Assembly (NCBI GenBank): GCA_031411295.1
Contig: JANOAV010000200.1
Span: forward strand, 1 to 36,905
Reading direction: 5' to 3'
DNA: 36,905 nt
Origin: Verrucomicrobiales bacterium
GTDB lineage: Bacteria > Verrucomicrobiota > Verrucomicrobiia > Verrucomicrobiales > V1-33
The number at the start of each line of letters is the position of its first letter. Within the stretch, counting starts at the first letter, position 1. Positions 1 through 9,505 of the stretch are shown one piece after another. The notes beneath the pieces are model-generated. The model saw only the letters and a program-made list of their open reading frames with translations, searched no databases and was not told the DNA's origin. Position numbers and translations under genes: made by a program.

Positions 1-2
1 AA

Positions 3-1283
3 AACGCTGGAAATTCCACCGCCTCCTCCAATGGCCCTACGAACACGAAGCGCAGCACCAACCCCGCAGCCACCGCCAAAGCTCTGCTCGACGCCATGCT
101 CCACAACAGTAGCAAAGGAGGCGGAGAGGACCCCGTGGGCCGCATGCACTTCCGGGTAGCGGTTTCCCAGTGTGACGAGGCCACGCTCTCGGACCTGATT
201 GAAGAGCTGCGGGAGATGTCCGCCAGAGACCCGGAAACGTTTTCCTCAGAGCACCCCGAAGCCGAAGAATGGTGTCGCCTGATGGTCGAGCGCATGGCTA
301 CTCTGGCCCCCATGAAGGCGATCGAAGCGCTCTTAGGATTCAACGCCGCCCAGTTGTCTTTCAGGAACGAGAATCTCGAACTCATTTTTTCAACACTCTC
401 CCAGCAAGATCCCTCGCAAATCCCCGCCGCACTGGCGAAAATGGAAGCCGGTGGAATGAAAAGCGATGGTGAACGAGCCTGGTTGCTCACGCAGGCCAAG
501 TCCGACCCTGATGCCGTGTTCCAATTCCTCATGGGACGGCAGGACAAAGCCTCGCTGAGCCAAAATGACCTTGTGGCAATCGCCAAGCGTCTCGGACTCT
601 ACGCCCCGGAGAAAGCACTCGTCGTTGCACAGGAAGATAATGACAAAGGCCATGGCTGGGAGCTCCTATATGATGTGAGGGCTACCTGGTGCCAGCGCGA
701 TCCCTCCGCTGCCTTCTCTCATGGCATGGCCCAAAAGGACGCTGACGTGCTGCTCATCTGTTTGAAAAATCCCCTTTTCGAGCCGGACTACGCAGCCCTC
801 CGACAAGCATTCGCTGAGTTGAAGAGTTCCGACCCAGAGGCCCGTCAGAACCTGGCCTATCGGATCGCTGACAACTTAGCCGGACAGGATATCAACGCCG
901 CCAGGCAATGGGCTGCTACCCTGCCCCCGGCAGACCAAGCCACGGCCAATACCGCCATTGCCAAAAAGTGGATTGAAAAGGATCCCGTGGCCGCATCCGA
1001 GTGGCTGACCACCTGGCCTACGGGGGAAGCCAAGGAGTCCGCCGCCTCCCGCCTGATCGACAAAATCCAGGAGGACGATCCCGAACGCGCTCTCACCTGG
1101 GCCACCGATTGCCTGCAAGGAGAGCAACGCTACGAATTCCTTGCTGGCATCATGAGATCCTTTGTGACCAAAGACCCCAACGCCGCCGCCGCCGCCCGCG
1201 CTGCTCTCTCAGAGGAAGACCGCACACTGCTGAAATTCATGGAAAAGCGGAACTCAGTAGACCTCTTGTTCCCTGCACCGTAA
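3..1283 (+). CDS. Hypothetical alpha-helical repeat protein with recurring W..DPxAAxxW motifs; 5'-truncated by the window edge
   Basis: Frame is open from position 3 through the ATG at 96 to TAA at 1281-1283. Repeats include WCQRDPSAAF, DINAARQWA, WIEKDPVAASEW, DDPERALTWA. Similar to 20498..21271. Confidence 0.75.
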   Translation, partial: NAGNSTASSNGPTNTKRSTNPAATAKALLDAMLHNSSKGGGEDPVGRMHFRVAVSQCDEATLSDLIEELREMSARDPETFSSEHPEAEEWCRLMVERMATLAPMKAIEALLGFNAAQLSFRNENLELIFSTLSQQDPSQIPAALAKMEAGGMKSDGERAWLLTQAKSDPDAVFQFLMGRQDKASLSQNDLVAIAKRLGLYAPEKALVVAQEDNDKGHGWELLYDVRATWCQRDPSAAFSHGMAQKDADVLLICLKNPLFEPDYAALRQAFAELKSSDPEARQNLAYRIADNLAGQDINAARQWAATLPPADQATANTAIAKKWIEKDPVAASEWLTTWPTGEAKESAASRLIDKIQEDDPERALTWATDCLQGEQRYEFLAGIMRSFVTKDPNAAAAARAALSEEDRTLLKFMEKRNSVDLLFPAP

Positions 1284-1471
1284 TTTCAGCGCTCAATCCC
1301 AAGGAACAGGAAACACCTGCCGGGGCAAGGTTGCTCGAAACCGTAAGGCCACCAGCCGCCACCGAGAAAATATATCCTGACTTCCCAGAGACTATGCCTC
1401 CGAGCGATATTGCCCAGTCAGGATTCCATTTGGCCAAACACGAGCAAGGAGAGTTGGTCTAATCTGGATTA

Positions 1472-1516
1472 GTGGGGGGCCAAACTCCAGTGCGCGGACT
1501 TGAAGTCCGCCCCCAC
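1472..1516. repeat. REP-like palindromic element
   Basis: gcggact-tga-agtccgc hairpin (1494-1510) inside GTGGGGG (1472-1478)/CCCCCAC (1510-1516) inverted ends, between convergent genes. Confidence 0.55.
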
Positions 1517-1569
1517 CCGCCCAGTCCGCCGCCCCACCCACCTCCGGGTAAACATCTGCCGGATCAACG

Positions 1570-2325
1570 TTATTCCTCGCCTGCCGTCCGACGTTGACGA
1601 CGTCGATGGATTACAACCGCAACTGGGAGCGATATGACAATCAACAGCCCACCAATTAGGAAAACCCAGAAGCGTGTGACGCCAATTTCCTGAGATGTCA
1701 GGATGTTGCCGGTGTTTAGATCGAACGTATAGCGTTCGGAAATGCCCAACTCCATGTCGTGACCACCCAGATGGACGGCACGGGGGATGGTGGAGAGCGT
1801 AAGCGTATGGCCAGTCAATTGGAAGTCATCATACCATTGGTCATGCCAATTGAAGCTTGTTTGAGTAAGGAAATAGCGGGACGCTAAATTTCGCAGCAAC
1901 TCCTGATATTGATAGTGTTGAATCTCCCGACCATTCTCATAGAATGTCAGGGCCACTCCATCCGGGCAGGCAAACATATTACGACGGGCCAAGTGACTGA
2001 AGTCTGGCGAGCATTTTAGTTCATCATCAAATTCAAACCACTCCACCTGCCAGAGCGGTTTCAGGGTGTCCGTTTCATAGCATCCGGATTTCCCAAAGGT
2101 CTCCCGTAGCTCCAGCGCCCGGCCATTCGGCAGCACAAATGGCACCGGTGCATGGGTGTCATATCTTGACTTCCGTGCCACCATCACGAGCAAGCGCTTC
2201 CCGTCCTGCGAGACTTTGGCAAAGGAGGTCGGGACGGAAATGGATCCCAGCGCTTCCCCGGCCAAGGCGCACCACCCGAGTATGAGGACGAGGTAAAACT
2301 GCGGGAAGTGGCGAGGTGGCATCAT
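1570..2325 (-). CDS. Hypothetical exported protein with C-terminal membrane anchor
   Basis: N-terminal signal-like segment (FYLVLILGWCALAGEALG); C-terminal TM helix FWVFLIGGLLIVISLPVAVVI followed by basic HRRRQRR. Confidence 0.7.
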   Translation of the reverse strand: MMPPRHFPQFYLVLILGWCALAGEALGSISVPTSFAKVSQDGKRLLVMVARKSRYDTHAPVPFVLPNGRALELRETFGKSGCYETDTLKPLWQVEWFEFDDELKCSPDFSHLARRNMFACPDGVALTFYENGREIQHYQYQELLRNLASRYFLTQTSFNWHDQWYDDFQLTGHTLTLSTIPRAVHLGGHDMELGISERYTFDLNTGNILTSQEIGVTRFWVFLIGGLLIVISLPVAVVIHRRRQRRTAGEE

Positions 2326-2555
2326 AAATTTGAGATCGAGTCTAACAGCGAGGCCAGAGCTTTACCAATTGAATTCTACGGTCTCGAGGAAGTTTGGTCG
2401 GGCGCAGCTTGGATCGGAAAACATCACTCAGCGATCGGACGCGCTTCCATCGCGACATTGCACAGTCCGGCCGAGTGGCCCGAATCAGTCAACCTGATGG
2501 GTGCACCTCTCCTGAGAAAAACCTGCGCGAATGACAGGAACCTACTACGCTATGA

Positions 2556-2646
2556 GTTGGAGTCCCGCTTTTAAGCAGAGCAACCCGATCCGTGGCACAG
2601 GCTGAGACGCTGAGCCTGATCCTCCGCTTGAAAGCGGGACTCCAAC
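2556..2646. repeat. REP doublet (REPIN-like); could also act as a terminator
   Basis: Perfect 16-bp inverted repeat gttggagtcccgcttt (2556-2571)/aaagcgggactccaac (2631-2646), with an inner caggct..agcctg hairpin. Confidence 0.7.
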
Positions 2647-2696
2647 GCTGGTTCCAGTTTGGCGTGAACCCATCAGCCTACATGGCCTCCACCAGC

Positions 2697-3992
2697 CTAG
2701 ACCAGCTTATACTGACCAGGCACTGGCAGGTCGTGGGGCTTGAAGCTGGAATCCCATTGGAACGTTTCCTCGGGGGCCAGGTCTTCATTGAGTTCCATGA
2801 GTTGCTTCCAGGTGATTTTCTTGCCAGAATAAGCCGACATGCGGCCCATGATGGCTACTAACGAGCTATGAGCCATCCACTCGCCATCATTGTGGGCGGT
2901 GCCATTGCGCACGGATTCGAAGAACTCCACGTGCTCCTGGTCATACATGTCGCGATCTTTCTCCGCCAGTTCTTCAGGGTAGCTCCATTTGTTTTCTCCC
3001 ATGATTTGCACCCGTCCGCCATTGATGACGGCCGACCCCTTGGTGCCGCTGATGTAGTCGGCATTTTCTCCTGAGCAGTTGGGCGTTTGGCGATTGGCGA
3101 CATGCACGAAGACATTGCCGGGATATTCATAGACACAGTTGAAGTGGTCGAAAATGTTCCCACCTTCGGCAGGGTTATGACGGCCTCCATTGGCGATGCA
3201 GGAAATGGGATCCGCATCACCCATGGCCCAACAGGTCTTGTCCACACTGTGCACCGCTTGTTCCGCAATGCTGTCGCCACTGAGCCAGGAGAAATTATAC
3301 CAGTTCCGCAACTGCCATTCAAAGTCGCTCATTTCCGCCTTGCGGGTCGAGGCGGCGGGCATTGGCTTGACCGGTCCGGTGTAGTAAGTGGCATAGTAGT
3401 TGGTGATATCACCAATCGCCTTTTCCTTCAGCAACTTATCGAAGATGGCCCGACGGCTGGGGTTGTAACGCCAGCAGAAGCCACAGGTCACGCTCAGGCC
3501 CTTTTCCTTGGCCTTCCTAGCCGATGCCTGCACCGAGCGGATTCCGGCAATGTCAACCGCCACGGGTTTTTCGCAGAAGATATGTTTCCCTGCTTCGACC
3601 GCTGCCGCAAAATGGAGGGGACGAAACCCTGGGGGGGTTGTTAGCAAAACGACATCCGGATTGGAGGCCAACACTTTCTGATAGGCATCCAGACCAGAGA
3701 ATTGGCGTTCGGCTGGGACATCCGCCCGATCTTTAAATTTACCCTTCAGGCTGCCGAGAGCGCTGGTAATAGCCCCGGGGAAAACATCCCCCATGGCCCA
3801 GAGTTCGGTATTGGTGTCCATGCCCAGCGCATTGGCGGCGGCTCCGGTGCCACGTCCGCCACAGCCGATGAGGGCAACTTTCAGGCGTTTGTTGTCCGGC
3901 CCATCCTTAGCAATGGCAGGGGCGGCCAGGGTGGCGGCTACCACGCTGGAACTTTTAAGAAAATCGCGACGATTGGGAGTAGAGGTAATCAT
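2697..3992 (-). CDS. Gfo/Idh/MocA family NAD(P)-dependent oxidoreductase, Tat-exported
   Basis: NRRDFLK twin-arginine signal, LIGCGGRG Rossmann motif, HIFCEKP motif. ATG at 3992 preferred to the ORF-track start at 4028. Confidence 0.92.
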   Translation of the reverse strand: MITSTPNRRDFLKSSSVVAATLAAPAIAKDGPDNKRLKVALIGCGGRGTGAAANALGMDTNTELWAMGDVFPGAITSALGSLKGKFKDRADVPAERQFSGLDAYQKVLASNPDVVLLTTPPGFRPLHFAAAVEAGKHIFCEKPVAVDIAGIRSVQASARKAKEKGLSVTCGFCWRYNPSRRAIFDKLLKEKAIGDITNYYATYYTGPVKPMPAASTRKAEMSDFEWQLRNWYNFSWLSGDSIAEQAVHSVDKTCWAMGDADPISCIANGGRHNPAEGGNIFDHFNCVYEYPGNVFVHVANRQTPNCSGENADYISGTKGSAVINGGRVQIMGENKWSYPEELAEKDRDMYDQEHVEFFESVRNGTAHNDGEWMAHSSLVAIMGRMSAYSGKKITWKQLMELNEDLAPEETFQWDSSFKPHDLPVPGQYKLV

Positions 3993-4196
3993 GGGTAGTG
4001 GAATTAATTTATTCGTTGGTGCGCGCACCTTAAGGGATGTCAGGCTGATAATTCAAGTTAATGTCGCGCCATTCCGCGTTTGGGAGTTCCATTTTGCGGC
4101 GGGGATAAATCGCTCGGCTACCGGCCGGGCCAATCCTGTGAAAATTTTTACTCCCCACCTGCGCAGAGCGTGCTACAGGGGATGGATTCATTGCCC

Positions 4197-5465
4197 ATGC
4201 CAAATACATTTTATACCGCCTTCGATTTTGCCACGCTGGAACCGCTCCATCAGCGCGCCACCGAATATCGCACTATTTTCCAGATCAATCGGGATCGGAT
4301 CATCCATACCTCGGCGTTCCGGCGCTTGCAAAGTAAGACGCAGGTCTTCCTGAGTGGCGAGTATGATTTCTATCGCACGCGCCTGACGCACAGCATCGAG
4401 GTCTCGCAGATCGGCCGCAGTATCTGTGCCGCCCTGCAGCAGCGCAGCGATGATCTGTCGGAGACCTTCTACATTGATCCAGATTTGGTGGAGGCCGGTT
4501 GCTTGGCGCATGATATTGGACATCCTCCGTTCGGCCATGCGGGGGAACGGACGCTGCATCGGCTGATGAAGCCCTGGGGTGGATTCGAGGGCAATGCGCA
4601 AACCTTGCGACTTTTGACAGAGACCATTTTCACCAGCCAGCAGAAAGGATTGGATCCCTGCCGGGGGCTCTTGGATGGAGTGTTGAAATATAAATCACTC
4701 CACGCCGAACTGATCGATCCCGAGCACCATTTCCTTTACGACCAACAGGAGAAATATCTGGATTTCGTGATGGCTGGCACCGCCTTCCCAGCGGAACTGC
4801 CACCAGGCAAAGCACGCGATTCCTTTCGCTCCATCGAGTGCCAGATCATGGATTGGGCGGACGATACCGCCTATTCCCTGAACGATATTGCGGACGGCAT
4901 CAATGCCGGGTTCATCACCCTGGAAGCAGTGGAGCGCTGGGCGGCCGCTCAATCCCTGACGGGAAATGATGCGGAGATCATCGCGAAGTTGCTAGAACGG
5001 ATGCGCAAGGGCGGCGGTCGGGCTGAAGCCTTGTTGCGCAAGAAAATTGGTGACTTCATCGATGCCGCCACCTTAGCGCGCGACGCGAATTTCATGTCCG
5101 AGCGCACGAATCGCTATCGGTTCCGCCTCAATATTACGCCAGAAGCCAGTGCAGAGGCGAAACTATACAAACGCCTGGCTCTAAACTTGGTGTTCCGCAG
5201 CGTGCAGTTGCAGCAGTTGGAATACAAAGCGGACTTCATCCTGACACGACTCTTCGAAGCCCTGATGAATCGTTATGTGCATGGCAGCACGGGATTGAAT
5301 TTACTGAGCGAGACGGACACCACTGCGCTGGCGGCCGCCCCCAACGAAGCCGCCAAGGCGAGGCTCATCTGCGATGCGCTGAGCCGCATGACGGACGGGT
5401 TCGCCACCCGGACGTATAAGCGACTCTACAACCCGGACTTCGGGAGCATTCTGGATCTGGTGTAA
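4197..5465 (+). CDS. dgt: dGTP triphosphohydrolase (HD-domain dNTPase)
   Basis: FRRLQSKTQV, RTRLTHSIEV, LAHDIGHPPFGHAGE, FEGNAQT, KY and DWADDTAY motifs. ATG at 4197 is the likely start. Confidence 0.95.
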   Translation: MPNTFYTAFDFATLEPLHQRATEYRTIFQINRDRIIHTSAFRRLQSKTQVFLSGEYDFYRTRLTHSIEVSQIGRSICAALQQRSDDLSETFYIDPDLVEAGCLAHDIGHPPFGHAGERTLHRLMKPWGGFEGNAQTLRLLTETIFTSQQKGLDPCRGLLDGVLKYKSLHAELIDPEHHFLYDQQEKYLDFVMAGTAFPAELPPGKARDSFRSIECQIMDWADDTAYSLNDIADGINAGFITLEAVERWAAAQSLTGNDAEIIAKLLERMRKGGGRAEALLRKKIGDFIDAATLARDANFMSERTNRYRFRLNITPEASAEAKLYKRLALNLVFRSVQLQQLEYKADFILTRLFEALMNRYVHGSTGLNLLSETDTTALAAAPNEAAKARLICDALSRMTDGFATRTYKRLYNPDFGSILDLV

Positions 5466-5486
5466 GCCAAGGGCTGCGGCATGGCG

Positions 5487-5646
5487 AGTGCCTCCTGGTA
5501 GGAATGCCAGATCGGATTGTGGACATGCCCTGTTCCCAGCGTGCTCCTTTTCTCGCATCCCTGCCGGGATGCTACCCTTTGGCTGAGTTTTCCGGGGATG
5601 TCGCTGCGCTCAATCCCCGGCTAATATCTACGTCCCCTGCCGGGGA
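5487..5646. repeat. Composite REP-like palindromic element between convergent dgt and recD2
   Basis: atccctgccgggat (5557-5570), ccggggat-gtcgctgcgctca-atccccgg hairpin (~5592-5620), tcccctgccgggga (5633-5646), and a degenerate inverted copy of the first unit near 5490-5507. Confidence 0.6.
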
Positions 5647-5716
5647 CAATAACTTCTTAACTAACGCAGTAATAAATCATCGGTTACAAGTCTGATTTTG
5701 CAACCCCAGTCCAGCA

Positions 5717-7900
5717 CTACTTTCCTAACGCAGAGGCAGAAGCTGGACCGAGACGCGATTTCAATCCTGACCAGCGTTGCAGGCTGCCGGTTTCTTTGAC
5801 GGCTATCTCCAGCGCTGAAGGTTGACCGACGAGCACCACTCGCTTGCGGCCGCGCGTGAGGCCGGTGTAAATCAAATTTCGTTGCAGCATGACGTAGTGC
5901 TGGGTGCTCAGTGGCAGAATCACGGCCGGAAACTCGCTGCCCTGGCTCTTGTGGATGGTGATGGCATAGGCCAGTCTCAGTTCGTCGAGATCACCCGTTT
6001 CATAAGGCACGCGACGTTGCTCATCGAAGCGCACGTGGACTTTGACGGGGTCTGATTCGATCTCGGAAATGTAGCCGATGTCGCCATTGAACGCTTCCTT
6101 CTCGTAGTTGTTGCGAATTTGAATCACCTTGTCGCCCACCCGCAACGTCATGCCGTAGCGCTCCACTTCGAACTTGAATTCGTTTGGCGGATTCAAGGCC
6201 GCTTGGAGGACCTGGTTCAAATTTTGCGTCCCCAAGAGGCCTCGATTCATGGGCGTTAGGATTTGGATATCCCGCACCGGATCCAGTTGGAAAGCGTGCG
6301 GCATCCGTTGACTGGCCAGGTGCGTGATGGTGGCCAGAATGGCTTCCGGAGTGTCACGGGACAGGAAGAAACAATCACTGTCCTTCGGGGCCGGTTCGGG
6401 AAAGGTTGGCACCAGTCCCGCATTGATGGCATGGGCGGTGGTGATGATTTGACTGGTGGCGGCTTGGCGGAAGATTTCCGTTAGTCTAACCACCGGCACC
6501 GTGCCGCTGGCGATGAGATCCCGCAGCACATTGCCCGGCCCCACGCTGGGAAGCTGATCGGCATCGCCCACGAGCAGAAGATGCCCCGTGGTCGGCAACG
6601 CTTGTAAATAAGCCGATGCCAGCGCCACATCGACCATCGATGTTTCATCCAGCACGAAGAGATCCCCCAGCAAGGCGGCATTGGCGTGCTTGGTGAAGCC
6701 CTTGCCCGGTTGATACTCCAGCAAGCGATGAATCGTCTTGGCTTCCAAGTTGGTGCTTTCGCCTAACCGACGCGCAGCGCGCCCGGTGGGCGCAGCCAGG
6801 ACTGGCTTGATCCCTCGGGCGGTTAGGATCTTGAGGATAGTATTTAAAATGGTCGTCTTCCCCACCCCGGGGCCGCCCGTAATGATGAGAACGCGGTTCG
6901 CCAAGGCCGCTCGCACCGCCGCTTCCTGGCCCGGGGCCAGCGATTTCTGGGTCTGCTGTTCCGCCCACGAGAGGGCTCGGTTCACGTCGATGGCGGGATA
7001 ACCGACCGGCTGGGCCAGTAACTGCTTCAGCCGCGTCGCGATGTTCTCCTCCGCCTTCAACAGATGCGGGGGAAACATCAGTTCCCGCCCCTCAATCAGC
7101 TCCGGCACGACTTCCCGCTGGGTCATCATGATTTCCAAAATGGGCTCCAATAATTCCGGGGCTAAATTTAGCAACTGCGCGGCATTAAATAACAGATCCT
7201 TCCGCGGGAGAGCACAGTGGCCATCATCCCCCGCCGTCAACAAGGCTTGCGTAAAGCCCGCGCGAATCCGCTCTGGAGCGTCTTCCGCCAACCCTAACTG
7301 CCGCGCGATGCCATCCGCCGTTTTGAAGCCGATGCCGTGAATATCGGCGGCCAATTGATAGGGATTTCCCTGCACTTGGTTGATCGCCTGATCGCCATAA
7401 GCCTGGTAAATTTTCACGGCCTTGGCAGTGCTGATCCCGTGCTGATGCAGGAATACCATGATTTGCCGCACCGTCTTTTGCTTCTCCCAGGAGGCTTTGA
7501 TTTCCTGCCGACGCTTGGTGCCGATGCCCTCCACTTCCTGGAGGCGCTTGGATTCCGTATCAATGACATCGAAAATCGTTTCGCCAAATTTCTCCACCAG
7601 CTTCTTGGCATAGACCGGTCCGATGCCTTCAATCAGGCCGCTGCCCAAGTATTTTTCAATGCCATCGCGCGATGATGGTGCCGTGGTCTTGATGCTCTGG
7701 GCTCGGAATTGCCGCCCCCAGTTGGGCACCTGCACCCATTCGCCCGTGGCTTCCAAGCCTTCTCCTACATTGATCGTGGGCACCTTACCGGTTAAGGTGA
7801 TGGGATCCACGCGACTGCCCACCCGTAGTTTCACCACGGTGTAACCCGTATCCTCCGTGTGGTAGGTGATGCGCTCGACGGTGCCGTGGATGGTTTCCAT
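5717..7900 (-). CDS. recD2: ATP-dependent RecD-like DNA helicase RecD2 (SF1B)
   Basis: HhH motifs (IEGIG, VEGIG, IHGIGFKTAD), Walker A TGGPGVGKTT, DETSMVD, VGDADQLPSVGPG, IFRQA, AYAITIHKSQGSEF, YTGLTR. Confidence 0.96.
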   Translation of the reverse strand: METIHGTVERITYHTEDTGYTVVKLRVGSRVDPITLTGKVPTINVGEGLEATGEWVQVPNWGRQFRAQSIKTTAPSSRDGIEKYLGSGLIEGIGPVYAKKLVEKFGETIFDVIDTESKRLQEVEGIGTKRRQEIKASWEKQKTVRQIMVFLHQHGISTAKAVKIYQAYGDQAINQVQGNPYQLAADIHGIGFKTADGIARQLGLAEDAPERIRAGFTQALLTAGDDGHCALPRKDLLFNAAQLLNLAPELLEPILEIMMTQREVVPELIEGRELMFPPHLLKAEENIATRLKQLLAQPVGYPAIDVNRALSWAEQQTQKSLAPGQEAAVRAALANRVLIITGGPGVGKTTILNTILKILTARGIKPVLAAPTGRAARRLGESTNLEAKTIHRLLEYQPGKGFTKHANAALLGDLFVLDETSMVDVALASAYLQALPTTGHLLLVGDADQLPSVGPGNVLRDLIASGTVPVVRLTEIFRQAATSQIITTAHAINAGLVPTFPEPAPKDSDCFFLSRDTPEAILATITHLASQRMPHAFQLDPVRDIQILTPMNRGLLGTQNLNQVLQAALNPPNEFKFEVERYGMTLRVGDKVIQIRNNYEKEAFNGDIGYISEIESDPVKVHVRFDEQRRVPYETGDLDELRLAYAITIHKSQGSEFPAVILPLSTQHYVMLQRNLIYTGLTRGRKRVVLVGQPSALEIAVKETGSLQRWSGLKSRLGPASASALGK

Positions 7901-8350
7901 TTACATGAACTCGGGTAAAGGCATGGCCGCCGCTTGTTGGTCCAGATACTCCTGCAGAATGACCACCGCCGCCACCTGATCAATGATGCTCCGCTGGTTC
8001 TTTTCCTTCCGGCCGGCTGCCCGCAACTGCTGTTTGGCGGTCTCCGTGCTACGGTATTCGTCGTGGAATTTGATGAGGAAATTCACTGGCAGCAATGGAG
8101 TTAGCAGTCCGCAGAACTTCCTCACTTTCTCCGCCGCCGTGCCTTCCGTGCCATCTTCCCTAACTGGCAATCCCACCAACAACAACGTGGCGCGATGCTC
8201 CGTCACCAAGGCCGCAATCTTCCCCGCTGCCGCCGGCCATGGCTGCGCGGGCACAGTCATCACGGGATGCGCCAGCATTCCCAGATCATCGCTGCGAGCG
8301 ACTCCAATGCGCGCATCCCCATAGTCGAGGGCAAGGATTTTCAAATTCAT
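7901..8350 (-). CDS. ruvX: Holliday junction resolvase-like / pre-16S rRNA nuclease YqgF (RuvX)
   Basis: ILALDYGDARIGVA, VGLP, DEYRST, IDQVAAVVILQEYL. ATG at 8350 chosen over the extended ORF start at 8503. Confidence 0.93.
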   Translation of the reverse strand: MNLKILALDYGDARIGVARSDDLGMLAHPVMTVPAQPWPAAAGKIAALVTEHRATLLLVGLPVREDGTEGTAAEKVRKFCGLLTPLLPVNFLIKFHDEYRSTETAKQQLRAAGRKEKNQRSIIDQVAAVVILQEYLDQQAAAMPLPEFM

Positions 8351-8700
8351 GCCCGAGGCTATCAGGCAAATTCTCGAGCTGCAAGCTGGCAAACGATTAT
8401 CAAGAACGTGCTGAACTGATGAGAAGTCTTCAGGTATAACCACTTCGATAAAATCTAAAGGCGGGAATCTGGCGTGCCCCAAGATTCCCACTTCCCCGCC
8501 CATCTGCTACAATCGCTGCAAAGAGCTTCAGGATCATCGGCGGAGGCAACGATGCGATGTGGCTCCCTCGCAAAATCCAGCGGACTTGACTGTCTTGTTG
8601 TTTTTAGCAAAAGCTCGCGCTGCGTTCTCTAGCCTGACTTTGCAAGGCGAGCGAGAGACCGCCGACGGCAGAGCTGACGCCACCGAGCCGAGGCGGGAGG

Positions 8701-8811
8701 CGTTGGCTGCAGCGCCTAGGTCTGGTAGCGGGCCACAGGACTCCGAGAAGCACGCCAGACGCTCCCCCGATACCAGACCTACTAGCTCAGCCACGCGGGG
8801 CGGAAGGCGGC
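8701..8811 (-). repeat. Copy A of a 94-bp dispersed direct repeat; attC-like imperfect hairpin
   Basis: 8718-8811 aligns ungapped to 10280-10373 with 9 mismatches in 94 (manual count). Internal inverted repeat aggtctggta/taccagacct, extended here by cgttggctgcagc/gctcagccacg. Confidence 0.9.
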
Positions 8812-8833
8812 GAATCGGGAGTTGGCCGCGGCA

Positions 8834-9505
8834 TCAATCCCACGCGATGGTTTCATCAATCGCTGACCTGAACCATGCCCAAACGTCGCTGAACTCAGCT
8901 TCACTCTCCCAGCCTGCGGAAGCAAAGTCATGGATGACAAAGACCTTCTCACCCGCACCATTAGACCAGCAGGCCACGTCGTCGTTGTCTTGCCTGGGGG
9001 TTGATGGATGAACGCCAGTGAACGGGGAACCGTTGGGATAGAGGCGTTGCCAGCCGGGTTTTTGCCCGCCGATGCGGTTCATAAGCGCTTCACCCCACGT
9101 TCCACCTTGGAGGTTCCCTCCAGCACGGGCTGGTGGGAAAGCCTCGCCAAAGCCTCGGATGGTGGCTTGGAAAGGGGTATTCGACAACGCGGCAGCAGCG
9201 AGCCGTGTGTTGTCCACTGCGGTCAGTGTGCCCTCGGCCATCCTCACGACATCGATGGGTGCTCCCTGCCAGCCGTTGGCCTTCACACTTGCCGTTATCT
9301 CCGGGAGAGAGCTGCGGACGTTGCTTTGACTGAACCGTTTGGCAGCCGCATCAAGCGTCGCTACATTATTTGCGGCATACGAGGAGCAGCCAAAATCACC
9401 ACGCTCCGCCGACGAGGCGGCACTGCCAATTGTAACCCCTAGCAGACTGAGCAGGAGAACCGCCAGCCATCGTAGTCGTAGAAAGTTGGCCCGTTGGGCA
9501 ATCAC
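8834..9505 (-). CDS. Chimeric ORF: signal peptide + ParB-like polymorphic toxin domain + C-terminal half of an SMI1/KNR4(SUKH)-like immunity protein
   Basis: N-terminus RWLAVLLLSLLGVTIGSAASSA. RFSQ...GWQGAPIDVVRM..G.LTAVDNTRLAAA resembles ParB-like RHS toxin tips. RQDNDDVACW...KVFVIHDFASAGWE..AEF..W.WFR.AI resembles the second half of a common immunity family (from memory). GTG start overlaps the vapC stop. Confidence 0.65.
   Translation of the reverse strand: MIAQRANFLRLRWLAVLLLSLLGVTIGSAASSAERGDFGCSSYAANNVATLDAAAKRFSQSNVRSSLPEITASVKANGWQGAPIDVVRMAEGTLTAVDNTRLAAAALSNTPFQATIRGFGEAFPPARAGGNLQGGTWGEALMNRIGGQKPGWQRLYPNGSPFTGVHPSTPRQDNDDVACWSNGAGEKVFVIHDFASAGWESEAEFSDVWAWFRSAIDETIAWD

Noticed and set aside
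4197..7900. dGTPase + helicase as an anti-phage defence pair
   Set aside because: The genes are convergent, have host-like composition and look like ordinary Dgt and RecD2.
8534..8794. 86-aa ORF (and 10138..10560) as genes
   Set aside because: They run through the repeat or overlap real genes and have no recognisable domain; kept only as a caveat finding on codon-position bias.
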